From Hormiphora californensis (lineage: Eukaryota > Animalia > Ctenophora): a stretch of 64,000 nucleotides of DNA. Below the pieces are notes generated by a model. That model made no database searches. It was not told the origin of the DNA and saw only the letters and a list, made by a program, of their open reading frames with translations. Position numbers and translations under genes: made by a program. Shown in pieces: positions 25,401 to 36,439 of the stretch (the first letter of the stretch is position 1; each line of letters opens with the position of its first letter). Location: NCBI GenBank assembly GCA_020137815.1, contig CM035361.1, positions 2,356,001 to 2,420,000 of the forward strand, in the 5' to 3' direction.

Positions 25401-28400
25401 AAGGTTAGAAGAAGGTTTCAAGGTAAACGAAGGTATAGATTGTTAGGAAGAAGTGACAAACTTTCTTGCAATCTCACAAAAACATCTGAGGTAAAACATC
25501 TCTCGCGCGGCGGAATATGGCGTGATTCCGCGCTCGCGATATCTCACAACACATTTGGAACTCTCGCGCGTTCCATACAAACACTCAGGAAAACTGTGCC
25601 ACACTCATGGCACACATCGCACACACACGTTACACACACAAACAAACTATCAGTTCACACCTATCACACTCCCCTCTCTTTCCTTTTCCGAATCGAGAGA
25701 TGAGCAAGCAGGAGATTCAGGTCCGGCAAACTACAGGTCAGGGCTAAAAATGAACACTGTCATGAATGGCTGGATGTGAAAAAATAAAATGGCAGGGAAA
25801 AGAAAAATGCCAGTCGGCTAATAAACTCGTGACAAGGCATCAGGTGAGTTGAAATAAGTGAAGAACAAAAATCTATCACTGGGTAAAATAAGTAGTGAAA
25901 GTCAGGTGAGTTAAATATACACACTGGGTGAGTAGTAAGAAAACGGGTTAAGAAGTAAAAACTGGGTTAAAATAAGGTGAGATAAAATACAAAAGTAGGG
26001 ATAAAGTAAATGGTTACAGCATTCCGTTGATAACGTCCGGGTTCACTCCTCTCTTTGTCAGGATGTCAGCGGGGTTCAACTTTGATTGAATCCAAGAGAC
26101 TGTGACTTCCCCTCTCTCGATTCTCTCTTGAACTTCTCGTAACGTGAGAATTGTTGATTTATCTTCAGGGGTTGAAGACACCTTGTTTGCAGAGTCAACA
26201 ACTTGTTTGGAGTCAGTGAAAATCTTGATTCCCGGGTCAAAAGTGAGTTCTCTCAAGAAGGATTGGATCAGGATTGCATATCCCAAACCATCACTCACTG
26301 CATAGAGTTCTGCTGCGTAGACACTTTTCACAACACGTTTAACCTTGTTGGAACTGTAGGCTATCAGGTTAGCGTGAGAGTTGTCTCCTGTTTCAGTTTG
26401 AGGGTCTCCCCAGAAAAGAATGACACCTTCCCCGGTTTTCTTGTCATGGAGATTTCCAAGACTAGCGTCTGTAAAAACTGAAATATTAGCGTTAGTGTGA
26501 AAAATAGGGGAAAAAGTAATCTTTGTTGGGGATAAATTCTTGACAATCTTCTTCAGCTCTTTGAATTGTTTCCCAGTCCACGGTGATGTCGTAGTAATGT
26601 CAAGAAGGCTAAAACAGATCTGTGGCATAGTCTGTGTTGCCAGCCAATTCAACTTTCCAATCACAGTCCTCATGAGAGATTGGAGGTTATCGTCAACTTC
26701 TTCACTATTCTGGGGCACAGGTTTGACAGAATTCAACTTTTCCATCATACTGTCTCTGACATAGTTACAGTACTGCTCCTGTGTGACGAATATGTTGTTT
26801 CCTTGCTGTTTGACTTGCCAGCCAAGGTAGTTGAAATCGGTTATCTCCACTCGTCCTATCTTGTATCTGTTCAGGGCGGGTTCCACTTTAGCGAAGAAAT
26901 TGTGGTCACCTGTCATCAGAATGTCATCAACATGGACAACTAGTAATCCTTCTAGCTTTCCATCATCTCCGATGGTGAAGAATACGTTTTTGTCAATTTT
27001 AGATTGACGGAGAGTCTTCTTCAGAGTTGCAGAGAGAGAAAAATACCATTTTCTACCAGCGTCTCCTAGTCCATACAGGGGTTTCAGAAGTTTCCACAAC
27101 ACTCCTTGTTTCCTCATGGAATTAGGTGGTTTAACATACACCTCTCTTGACATAGTGTCTGATTGCAAATAAGCGCTTGCTACATCAACACTCTTCAGGT
27201 TCCAGTTGGTTGTAGTAGACAGACTGAGTAGAGTTCTCACTGCATACTTTGTTACAGTTGGGGATTGGGTTTGGTCCTCTAACTTTTCCTCGAATCCACG
27301 GGCAACTAGACGGGCCTTGACTGTCCCATCATCCTTTCGGGTTATAACCCATCGGGTGCTTACCCGGTCCTGTCCTGTGTCAGGCACTTCTTCAAATGCT
27401 TTAAACTCCTCCAGTTTATCGATCTCTTTCCTTCGTGCTAATTGCACTTCCTCTTTACCCATCTTTGATGCTGCTAGGAGAATTTCATCATGTTCGGGAC
27501 TGAAGGGTTCTTGATCATCTGGGGGTTTTCTGGGACTGTCCTCTCTGGGATCTGTAGTCTCAGGTAAAAGTACCTGCTTCTGCTCAACATGATCATCAAG
27601 ATTCTGGAGCTGTTCACTTTCTGGAACATTTATCTCAGGGGCAGATCCACTTTCTTGGGCTACTTCCTCAACCGGATTTTCAGGATTCGGAGGCTGTTCA
27701 CTTTCTGGAACATTGTTCTCTTGGACAGATCCACTTTGGGATTCTTCCTCTACCGCGTTACCATTTTTAGTAACTTCAATCACTGTGTGTTCACTTTCGG
27801 AATCTGATACAGGATGTGTTGCTGCGGGGGTGTCTCTATGAGTTTTACTCCTCAATCCGAAATCTCTTGCTGGAGGTGCCACTTTGGTTTTCTTCTTCTT
27901 GGGCTTCTTCTTCTGTACCTTGGGCTCGGTTGGCCTGTCCTCGGGTTCATCTTCCTCACTTGAGTCTCCCAGTGCTAATCGCGAGTTGGGGACTGTCCTC
28001 TGGTTCTGGTCTTTTCGCTCATGGACTAGCCTCACTTTACAAGGATGTGCACGTAGTAGTGCTCCACCGTGCTTGATTAAAACATTGTTATCGATCATTC
28101 CAACAACTGTAGCGGGTCCCAACCAGGTTTTGTGAGCTTCACGCTTGTAGAATACCTTATCTCCCTGGACATAGGTATGTTGATCCTGTGTTGGTCCGGC
28201 ACTATTTAGTGCTCGTTTCAGTCTGGAAGAATTTTCCAATTCGATAAACTTTAATCGGGCTGTCTTCATGGCTTGTAGATTCTTCACTACTAATTCATCT
28301 CCGTGAGCATTTCCTCCGTGAGCAGGTAGGCATTCTTCTGAGTCCAATACGTGTGGAAAGGTAGGAGCTGTGCCAAAAACTAGTTGATGTGGTGAAAATC

Positions 28401-31150
28401 CCATCTGATTGCTTAGCTGGTTCTTAGCATTGCTAGACCAAGCACAAGCCACTGGTATAGTGCATCCAGTGTCATCACGAGTTTTGACAACCATGTCTCC
28501 AAGAATTCCGTTGTGTCTCTCAGTAAGACCATTGCACCATGGGCTCTCAGCTGGGGTAGCTTTCAACTCAATATCTAGGCGGCTTGCCATCTCTAGGATA
28601 ACTTCGTTGGTGAATTCTCCTCCGTTGTCCGATAGGATCCTCTTGGGGCGACCAAAGATAGAAATCCAACATGTGAAGAATTTCTGAACACATTCTTCTG
28701 CTGATTTGTTCTCGATGGGGACCATAACACTGTACCTGGTTAGTGTATCAATGATATGAATAGTCCATTTTGATTCACCCGAGCTGAATTTCAACATCTT
28801 TAAATCCATTGCAACACACTCATTGAAAGTGTTCCCGAGAGGTAATGCAACTTTCCTCCTAGGTTTGGATCGTTGATGCTCCATGCATTGTTGGCATTCA
28901 AGTGCAACTTGGTGAAGTTCTCGACAAATCTCCTCCTTGTTGGGGTGATTGGAAGATTTAGCTACCTCCTGGATTTTCGCAGTCGAGCCATGGGCAAAGT
29001 AACGATGGAGTTTCTGGGCAATCTTTCTGGGTGATGTGGTACCTGAATCCGAAGATGTTAAAAGAGTAGTTGGAGAAAGTTTGGAGTTTAAATCAATTGT
29101 GACGTGACCACTATCAGTGAGATGTAACTGTGTTTGTTTACCCGAGACCTGTAGCACGTCGTTCCCAAAATCAATCACCGCTCCTCTCTCGCTAAGTAAA
29201 GCTCTGGATAAAAGAGGTGGGATGTTAAGGTCTAGGACAAACACGGGTACTTCATCACATGACAAACCAAATATATCTGTGGGGATATACGCAATCGATT
29301 TGGACGTTACAGATTTGGAATCACCAAAAGTAAAATGTCTCTCACTGACAGTCTCTCTCTTACAACGTATACAAGATTCACTCTCAAATTTACGTAACCA
29401 ATTTGCACCACACACTGAGATAGCTGCACCAGTGTCCAAAATCGCTCTCAGGCCACATTGTTCAGTTAGTGAAAGAATATACTCTGTACCGACAACCATC
29501 TTGAAAACTCCGTGCTGCCTGCCGCCACCACGGCCACCACGATTACCACGACTACCACCACTGCCACCATATTTCGACTCCTTCCTGGCGCTATTCTTCT
29601 TTAGACAGTTGGAGGCCACATGTCCGGGTTTTCTACAGTTAAAACATACAATCAGAGTTAATGATTCTGTTTCAGTTTTCTCAGAGTTAGAAACTGCACC
29701 ATTTGACTCGGGAAGGTTGGCACCAAAAGTCCTTTTCATCGATTGAATCATGTCCTCTAAACGAATATTAGGACAAGTTGCTCGTAGAAGGCGTTTTTGC
29801 TCCGGGGTCAGATTTGCTTGTTCAAGGAGTCTATAGGCAAGGATCTGAGATCCGTAGATAGCATCTTGAGTCTCCACTTCACACCTCTGCTTCAACTCAT
29901 TGAGCCGTGTTGAGAACTCCGAAATGAACTCAGGAATGGGCTGATCGGCTGGTCGTACAAATTGTTCAAAACGTTCAATGGCAGTAAACAAGCTTGCGGT
30001 TTTGTCTCTGCCAAAGACTTTCTCCAATGATCCGAGTAAATATGAAACACCATCCTCAGTCTGGAGTTTCGCAATTTCGAGTCCCAATGCGTGTTCCTTC
30101 GCAGAGCCCGTAAGGACGTATGCGAGGCGAGCAGCTTGGCTCTTTATCGGACAAGTTGTCCCAGCAATCCATAGAAGAACATCCCTTCTGTAGGCATCGA
30201 ATGGCAACTCGGCGTTGAAACTGGGAGGATGGATGTCTGACGGCATCGAAACCACTTCCTGCTACCACTGTTTCGGGGTCTACGGGGGGATTCAGGGGCC
30301 AGGGGCGTTGGGTGACCGTACCGATGTATTTCCGTAGACAAAGATAAACACAGGATCTTACAAAGGTTAGAAGAAGGTTTCAAGGTAAACGAAGGTATAG
30401 ATTGTTAGGAAGAAGTGACAAACTTTCTTGCAATCTCACAAAAACATCTGAGGTAAAACATCTCTCGCGCGGCGGAATATGGCGTGATTCCGCGCTCGCG
30501 ATATCTCACAACACATTTGGAACTCTCGCGCGTTCCATACAAACACTCAGGAAAACTGTGCCACACTCATGGCACACATCGCACACACACGTTACACACA
30601 CAAACAAACTATCAGTTCACACCTATCACAGTTCACAGTTATCAAAATTCCTTGAAAATTCTCTCTGCTGCAGTGCTGCAGTGCTGCAGAGATGGAAAAT
30701 TCCAAGAAAATTCCACTGCAGAGACTGCAACTGTGACAGTAACGATCTCACCCCTTTGTAAAGCTATGGGGAAAAAAGAGAGCTATGTTAAAGTATGAAT
30801 CTCTCTTTTCTTCCCCCTTCCCCCTTACTTGACTGTTGTCGGTGCACTAGGCACAACTGGGGCATGCCCCAACATATTCTATCTCTCTGTTATAACAGAG
30901 AGATAGAATATGTTACACACTGCTGCAGCACTGCTCTGTGTGTAAGTATGGGAAATATCTTCTGCTGCAGTAGCAGCTGCTGCTGCAGTGCCCTAATATT
31001 TTTTCATTTTGCTGCATAGATTTTGTTTTGCTGCAGAATTTTTGCATTTATCTTTCCTTCATATTCCAGAGATCGGGACACTGGGACCAGATTAAGATTA
31101 GTAGACACGAAAGAAAAGTCGCAAGCCGGTGTATGACCAACGAAAACTGA
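22474..31150 (+). CDS. Divergent TGF-beta superfamily ligand precursor (signal peptide, prodomain, furin site, atypical cystine-knot-like domain)
   Basis: Ten phase-compatible exons: MVHLYLLHIFLSLITRTEL (signal); DVLNLEKIPEP...WFIQETY...VDTVRFD...QYTFNLSAL...HDLYF (prodomain-like); RLRLKR and RKRNGRR basic sites; mature part CCIAEPYQ...KCHMKKACQKEGYRGCKPSSYRHQHVTIESFDIHDNT|IKISRHERKVASRCMTNEN*. The last exon is at 31091-31150, beyond the TE insertion. Confidence 0.75.
25307..30630 (-). mobile_element. Full-length Ty1/copia LTR retrotransposon (GalEa-like)
   Basis: Two 362-bp TG...CA LTRs (25307-25668, 30269-30630) that appear identical; 5-bp TSD GTTCA (25302-06/30631-35); PBS TGGTAGCAGG... 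(30250-30267, minus); polypurine tract next to the 3' LTR (25669-25689). Confidence 0.97.
26014..30246 (-). CDS. Copia gag-pol polyprotein (Gag CCHC, protease, integrase, RT, RNase H)
   Basis: CFNCRKPGHVASNC zinc knuckle; ILDTGA protease; HxxxxH...CQQC plus DLK/SDNGGEF/ER integrase; KARLVARGF, LYGL and HVDD in RT; TDAS and ADILTK in RNase H. Integrase precedes RT (copia order). Uninterrupted ORF, first ATG at 30246. Confidence 0.97.
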   Translation of the reverse strand: MPSDIHPPSFNAELPFDAYRRDVLLWIAGTTCPIKSQAARLAYVLTGSAKEHALGLEIAKLQTEDGVSYLLGSLEKVFGRDKTASLFTAIERFEQFVRPADQPIPEFISEFSTRLNELKQRCEVETQDAIYGSQILAYRLLEQANLTPEQKRLLRATCPNIRLEDMIQSMKRTFGANLPESNGAVSNSEKTETESLTLIVCFNCRKPGHVASNCLKKNSARKESKYGGSGGSRGNRGGRGGGRQHGVFKMVVGTEYILSLTEQCGLRAILDTGAAISVCGANWLRKFESESCIRCKRETVSERHFTFGDSKSVTSKSIAYIPTDIFGLSCDEVPVFVLDLNIPPLLSRALLSERGAVIDFGNDVLQVSGKQTQLHLTDSGHVTIDLNSKLSPTTLLTSSDSGTTSPRKIAQKLHRYFAHGSTAKIQEVAKSSNHPNKEEICRELHQVALECQQCMEHQRSKPRRKVALPLGNTFNECVAMDLKMLKFSSGESKWTIHIIDTLTRYSVMVPIENKSAEECVQKFFTCWISIFGRPKRILSDNGGEFTNEVILEMASRLDIELKATPAESPWCNGLTERHNGILGDMVVKTRDDTGCTIPVACAWSSNAKNQLSNQMGFSPHQLVFGTAPTFPHVLDSEECLPAHGGNAHGDELVVKNLQAMKTARLKFIELENSSRLKRALNSAGPTQDQHTYVQGDKVFYKREAHKTWLGPATVVGMIDNNVLIKHGGALLRAHPCKVRLVHERKDQNQRTVPNSRLALGDSSEEDEPEDRPTEPKVQKKKPKKKKTKVAPPARDFGLRSKTHRDTPAATHPVSDSESEHTVIEVTKNGNAVEEESQSGSVQENNVPESEQPPNPENPVEEVAQESGSAPEINVPESEQLQNLDDHVEQKQVLLPETTDPREDSPRKPPDDQEPFSPEHDEILLAASKMGKEEVQLARRKEIDKLEEFKAFEEVPDTGQDRVSTRWVITRKDDGTVKARLVARGFEEKLEDQTQSPTVTKYAVRTLLSLSTTTNWNLKSVDVASAYLQSDTMSREVYVKPPNSMRKQGVLWKLLKPLYGLGDAGRKWYFSLSATLKKTLRQSKIDKNVFFTIGDDGKLEGLLVVHVDDILMTGDHNFFAKVEPALNRYKIGRVEITDFNYLGWQVKQQGNNIFVTQEQYCNYVRDSMMEKLNSVKPVPQNSEEVDDNLQSLMRTVIGKLNWLATQTMPQICFSLLDITTTSPWTGKQFKELKKIVKNLSPTKITFSPIFHTNANISVFTDASLGNLHDKKTGEGVILFWGDPQTETGDNSHANLIAYSSNKVKRVVKSVYAAELYAVSDGLGYAILIQSFLRELTFDPGIKIFTDSKQVVDSANKVSSTPEDKSTILTLREVQERIERGEVTVSWIQSKLNPADILTKRGVNPDVINGML

Positions 31151-31767
31151 TGGTTCTGTAAAAAGAGGAAGTAGAGCTGGATTTACCGGAACCGGAACCG
31201 ACATGTACCAACGAGCCCGAGCTTAAAAATGAAAAGACTGTTGAGAAAATGAATTAAGCTCAAAGAACGTGCCAGTCTGCAGTAGCTATAAAGTATAATA
31301 GAGACAATTGAAAACCATATAAGATTTTTATATCAGCTTATTGAACACTTTTACTAGACATAGAAAAGTTTAAGTGAAAGGCCGTGCTAGCTCCTTGTTG
31401 AGAAAGGGTTGTGCTGTTGCACAGTATGAAAAATACAAAGGAAGGGGTGCTCAGCTCAGTGCTCCTTGCTAAGCTCAGTCATAGTGCATGCATTTTGTCT
31501 TTAACGCTCAACCGATCACCCACGCTAACCGGTGACGGAGCACCACAGAGATCTTTTGACTTTTCCATTCTTCGATTTATTATCCTATTTCAAATCCAAA
31601 ATGAATTTCTCAATTTGTACACTACCCCCTTTTTAAACGCTCTTGTCTTCATTTGTGCAGTGGTCAGGCAATTTAATTTAATTGGCAGCACTGGTTACAT
31701 CTAGATGTGCCGGGTATACATGGCCCTTCTAAAATGGGAACATATAATACATCGTATATGTAATATG

Positions 31768-33108
31768 CAGGAAACGACCGAACCGGGGTTTTTTCCATCG
31801 AACCGAACCGAACCGAATTTGAAAAACTTTTTTACCGAACCGAACCGAACCGAACCGAACCGAATTTCGGTAACCGAACTGAACCGAACCATACAAAACT
31901 TTTTCTGTATAAATGTTTCTCTAAAAAGTCATGGAGAGCACCGATCAAGGTATTGAGAATCATTCTCTGAAATTTTGTTCAAAAATGTTTGAAAAAATTT
32001 CAAAGTCAATTTTGTGAAAAAATTTTCAAAGTCAATTTTATCGTAAATTTTCTATGTCAATTTTTGCGTACGAATCGTGTTTCGAATCGGCAATGCTATA
32101 CGGGAATGGTATTGCTAATTAGCAGGATTAAACGAACCATGAATCGTGTCTCTCTTAATTTCCTAATTAGATTTGATGGGGGTTCACGTATCAGCACAAT
32201 CCATCTCGGACCCACTAATTACCAACATCACTCCCGTTTAGCATTGTCGATTAGAAACACGATTCGTATACCATAATTTACTTAAAATATTTTTCACAAA
32301 AAAAATTTCACAAAATTTCAGGTAATGATTCTCAATACCTTGATCGATGCTCTCCATGAATTTTTAGAGAAACATTTAATTTTGTGAAAAAACTTTGTAA
32401 AATATTTCAAAGTCAATTTCGGTAAAAAATTCTATGTCAATTTTGCCGTACGAATCGTGTTGCGAATCGGTGATGCTATGCGGCAGTGCTCTCGCTAATT
32501 AGCAGGATTTATTGAAACATGAATCGTTTCCCCTAAACTTCCTAATTAGATTTGATGGGGGATCACGTATCAGCATAATCCATCTCGGACCCACTAATTA
32601 GCAACATCACTCCCGCTTAGCAATACCGATTCGAAACACGATTCGTACGCAAAAATTGACATTTTCCATAAAATTGACTTTGAAATATTTTCCAAACTTT
32701 TTTACAAAATTTCAGAGAATGATTCTTAACACCTTGATCGGTGCTCTCCATGAATTTTTTGAAAAAACGTTTCTGAATTTGTTGACCCTCTCATGAGGAC
32801 ACGATTTGACGGGAAGTCAGGTATCAAATCAATCCATATCGAACCCGCTAACTAGCGAAATCATTTCCACATAGCACCACCGATTCGAAATAGGGTTAAT
32901 ACGGCGAAATTGACATTGAAATCCATACAATTTTCGTGAAATAATTGAAAAATTTTGCATGAAAAAGCCCGATTTCTGGGCATTTTTTGACCAAAAAATT
33001 CGGTGGTTCGGCCAAAATTTCCTACCGAACCGAACCGAACCGAACCGCCCAAAAAACACCGAATTTCCGAACCGAACCGAACCGAACCGAATATTCGGTC
33101 GCTTCCTG
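31768..33108. mobile_element. hAT-type non-autonomous element, 8-bp TSD
   Basis: GTAATATG|CAGGAAACGACCGAA ... TTCGGTCGCTTCCTG|GTAATATG; subterminal (CCGAA)n arrays; internal duplication. Confidence 0.92.
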
Positions 33109-33136
33109 GTAATATGTATACCACGTTTCTGATTAA

Positions 33137-34107
33137 GGCCAGAGGGGGGGGTCCGAGGGTTTAAAAAGTCACTTTCGGCCTCTGGTCCGGCTCGAAGAGC
33201 CGGACCAGATGGTATGCTCAGAATGGATTTTACGTGCACTGTTTTGGAGAAAAATGAGGTTAACTTTTGTCCAAAATCTAATGTTAACCTCATTTATCCA
33301 CCAACCACAATAGCTACAACGCTAAATTTAGTACTGAATGATAGATCTAGTTACAAGGTCAGCTCAAACGAAGTTTCAGACCTCTACTCCTAATGGCTGG
33401 AAAGAAATCGGAGGTTAACTTGATCCTCAAAATCTATGTTTTTCTTGAATATCTCGGGTGAAATTTGGGCCAGTCATGCCCCTTTCATTTGACAACCACT
33501 CATCCGTTAACCTCAGAACTTGGCAGGGATGTTCCTCGGATGGTCCTCTACAAAAGTGATGTAGCGATTTTTGATATCTGCCCCCGTTCAAAAATTATGA
33601 GGTTAACAGTGCATTTTTAGCCGACCGGGCTCTATTGTTAACCTCATAATTTTTGAACGGGGGCAGATATCAAAAATCGCTACATCACTTTTGTAGAGGA
33701 CCATCCGAGGAACATCCCTGCCAAGTTCTGAGGTTAACGGATGAGTGGTTGTCAAATGAAAGGGGCATGACTGGCCCAAATTTCACCCGAGATATTCAAG
33801 AAAAACATAGTTTTTGAGGATCAAGTTAACCTCCGATTTCTTTCCAACCATTAGGAGTAGAGGTCTGAAACTTCGTTTGAGCTGACCTTGTAACTAGATC
33901 TATCATTCAGTACTAAATTTAGCGTTGTAGCTATTGTGGTTGGTGGATAAATGAGGTTAACATTAGATTTTGGACAAAAGTTAACCTCATTTTTCTCCAA
34001 AACAGTGCACGTAAAATCCATTCTGAGCATACCATCTGGTCCGGCTCTTCCAGCCGGACCAGAGGCCAAAAGTGACTTTTTATACCCTCGGACCCCCCCC
34101 TCTGGCC
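33137..34107. mobile_element. Near-perfect foldback element with TTAA TSD (Kolobok-like GG...CC ends)
   Basis: TTAA|GGCCAGAGGGGGGGGTCCGAGGG ... CCCTCGGACCCCCCCCTCTGGCC|TTAA; arms about 470 bp, spacer about 26 bp near 33610-33636. Confidence 0.92.
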
Positions 34108-34760
34108 TTAACAATCTTGGTTATGGTATGCGTTTGTGAATTTAGTTTTACCAACTCTTATTTTTGCAATTAACAAGTATGATAATGTTTTCACCGGTTT
34201 TTCTCATTTCAATTTTAGTTTATGTGACCATTCATCACTCATTATTAGTTTAACTTTAAGTTTCAGTTTAGTACTATTAACAAGTAGCTTTGTTTTTCAT
34301 AGTTCGCATGCAGCGTAGCACCGTGTTTTTCATGAATACACTGATCTATTGTTGAATGCCTTATTATACAGTGTGTACTGTGTAATGTATCGATATATTT
34401 GTCTTCCAAATATTCTAGATTTCAGATTCATAAACCAGTTAAATGATTGCCTTTACACCTACAAATGTTGGCACATTATCACAATTGTTGTGTTCAAGTG
34501 CAATTGACTGATTGCCCGCATGTAGGAGAAAATTATAATCATTCCCCGATCATTAAGGGTATTGATGGTATTGCTCGGATGCAACAGTGGGGGAGTTCTT
34601 TAAAGAAAGTTGGCATAGACACCTTCGAAGGGGGAGATCGATATCGAGATACAGAGGGAGAGAAACAGAGCCCTGCAGCGAGAGAGAAACTTTCTCTCTC
34701 CCTGCAGGGAGAGAGAGAGAGAGAGCGAGAGAGAGAAAGAGAGTGAGAGAGAGAGTGAGA

Positions 34761-34814
<54 letters not shown>

Positions 34815-35237
34815 CTAAGAGAGAAATGTAAGTGCATCATTGGTATACGTGTTTATCGGATTTTTGTTTCCTTTGCCAGAATGTAATCAAGTGATCAATA
34901 TTATTTACCTTGTGATCATGATATGATAATATCGAATTAACCAGATCCTTCTAGAGGTCTACAAAGGGACAAGATTATGATATTGCTTCCCCAGAAAAAT
35001 ATATTTATTCACTCTTTGCATATTTTGTAAGGCTTTGGGGCTGGGCTTTAGAGGTGTCTGTATCTCACAGTGATTGACTATTAAGGCAAGCATTATAACT
35101 CTGGTTACTTAAGTTTATCTAAACATGATTCATAATGGTAATTGTTACAGCTATAAATATAATCAGTTTATTCAAAATAATTAAGTTCTGCAAAACCGTT
35201 GTTTATCATAATTGCTATAATTGTGCAAGTGTTGAAA

Positions 35238-36439
35238 ATGTTTAAACTGAGCAAGAATTCAGACTGTCTGGAAACACATTATCTCGACGAAGAGATAATT
35301 ATCGAATTCTTCATCAATAAGGTATTTGTATAAATAAAAATTTTCTTAATAATATAAGTAATTAACGTATTCTAACGTGTAATGTTGAATTTTGTTGATC
35401 ACTGTTTTAGGTTGCCGGTAACTCCACAGATCAAAGAGTTTTTCTTAAATCAGACGGAAAAAGATTTTCAGATGGAAAAACTTTGAAACTTCAATCAGGC
35501 AAAAAATATGTCCTAAAAGTGGAGGTTTGTACTTTTTATATATTTGTATCAAAAAGTAACTAAACATAAAGTACGGAGTCAATGAATGTTTATATTACCA
35601 GATATTATTTTCAGATTTTACCGGGAAGACAGCTCGAGTCTATTTCGATAAACAACAAACCACAAAACCTAATTGAAATCGGAAAGTCAAAGAAAAATGT
35701 AAATCAATTTATTTGTATTTTTAACAAACAAAACAACAAAATAGCCTACCAACAAAAAGTACTAACAAGCTGTTGTATTAACAGATGATGATTTACAAAT
35801 GTGTATTTGACACATCAAAGTTCAAATTGACAGACGACAGGCAAAGGGACGCACTTGTCATATCGTGTAATATTGCTGATGTGGGGATTATCATTCTACC
35901 GGTCCAGTGCAAATTTTACAGGTAAATTAGAAATTAAGTTAGTTTTTCAAATTATGTAAGCAACTAGAAGCCGACAATTTGTTTGACAACTTTTGTTTGT
36001 TCATCTAGCCATTGAAGCCGAAGAAACTCAAAATATTTGGACTGGTAAATCGAGGTTTGACTGTATCTAATTTAACGTAATAAGATATTTTCCAATAATT
36101 CTCTATCTCAGTGAGGAATTTAGTGATCGAGTGAAGAGTGGGTTGACTCTAGAGAGCATCGAAGTGATTGTAACAGAGCTAAGGAACCTAAAAACAGGAG
36201 AAAAGGAGTCGGTCGCGGTAAGAATTACTCAAAAACTACCGTTGTTTATACAGAGTACTAATTCAAATAGTCGACTGTTGTTCACCAAAAAGATTCAATA
36301 ATAACCCCCATTTCCTGCTTGACAGGTCTCTGAGGCGAGGATAAAGAATTTCACAAATAACAACGTTAAAGATAATAAGAAGAGCAAGATAATGGGAACA
36401 ATTCGGATGGAGAAAAAGAATAGAGAGTTACCTTACTAA
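35238..36439 (+). CDS. CNRIP1: CB1 cannabinoid receptor-interacting protein 1 (CRIP1a) homologue
   Basis: Six phase-compatible exons; VFLKSDGKRFSDGKTLKLQSGKKYVLKVEILPG and YKCVFDT...RDALVISCNIADVG...QCKFY align with the CRIP1a motifs VFYKVDGQRF..RTIKL..G..Y..EVKI.P and YDT...R..I.I....DIG.....QVKFY. Confidence 0.85.

Larger units (their letters stand above)
24879..31085. mobile_element. Non-autonomous TIR element with 8-bp TSD (hAT-like), interrupted by the copia element
   Basis: ACCAGATT|CCCGGTGTCCCGAT ... ATCGGGACACTGGG|ACCAGATT; internal tandem repeat GGAATATTCCCCTACTGCAGTCCCTATAAGATT (25020-25300) and CTGCAG-rich sequence continuing after 30636. Confidence 0.85.

Noticed and set aside
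26203-30193. Plus-strand ORFs within the copia element (for example 29117-29746) and antisense ORF 56674-57195
   Set aside because: Antisense shadows of long real ORFs, with no recognisable motifs.
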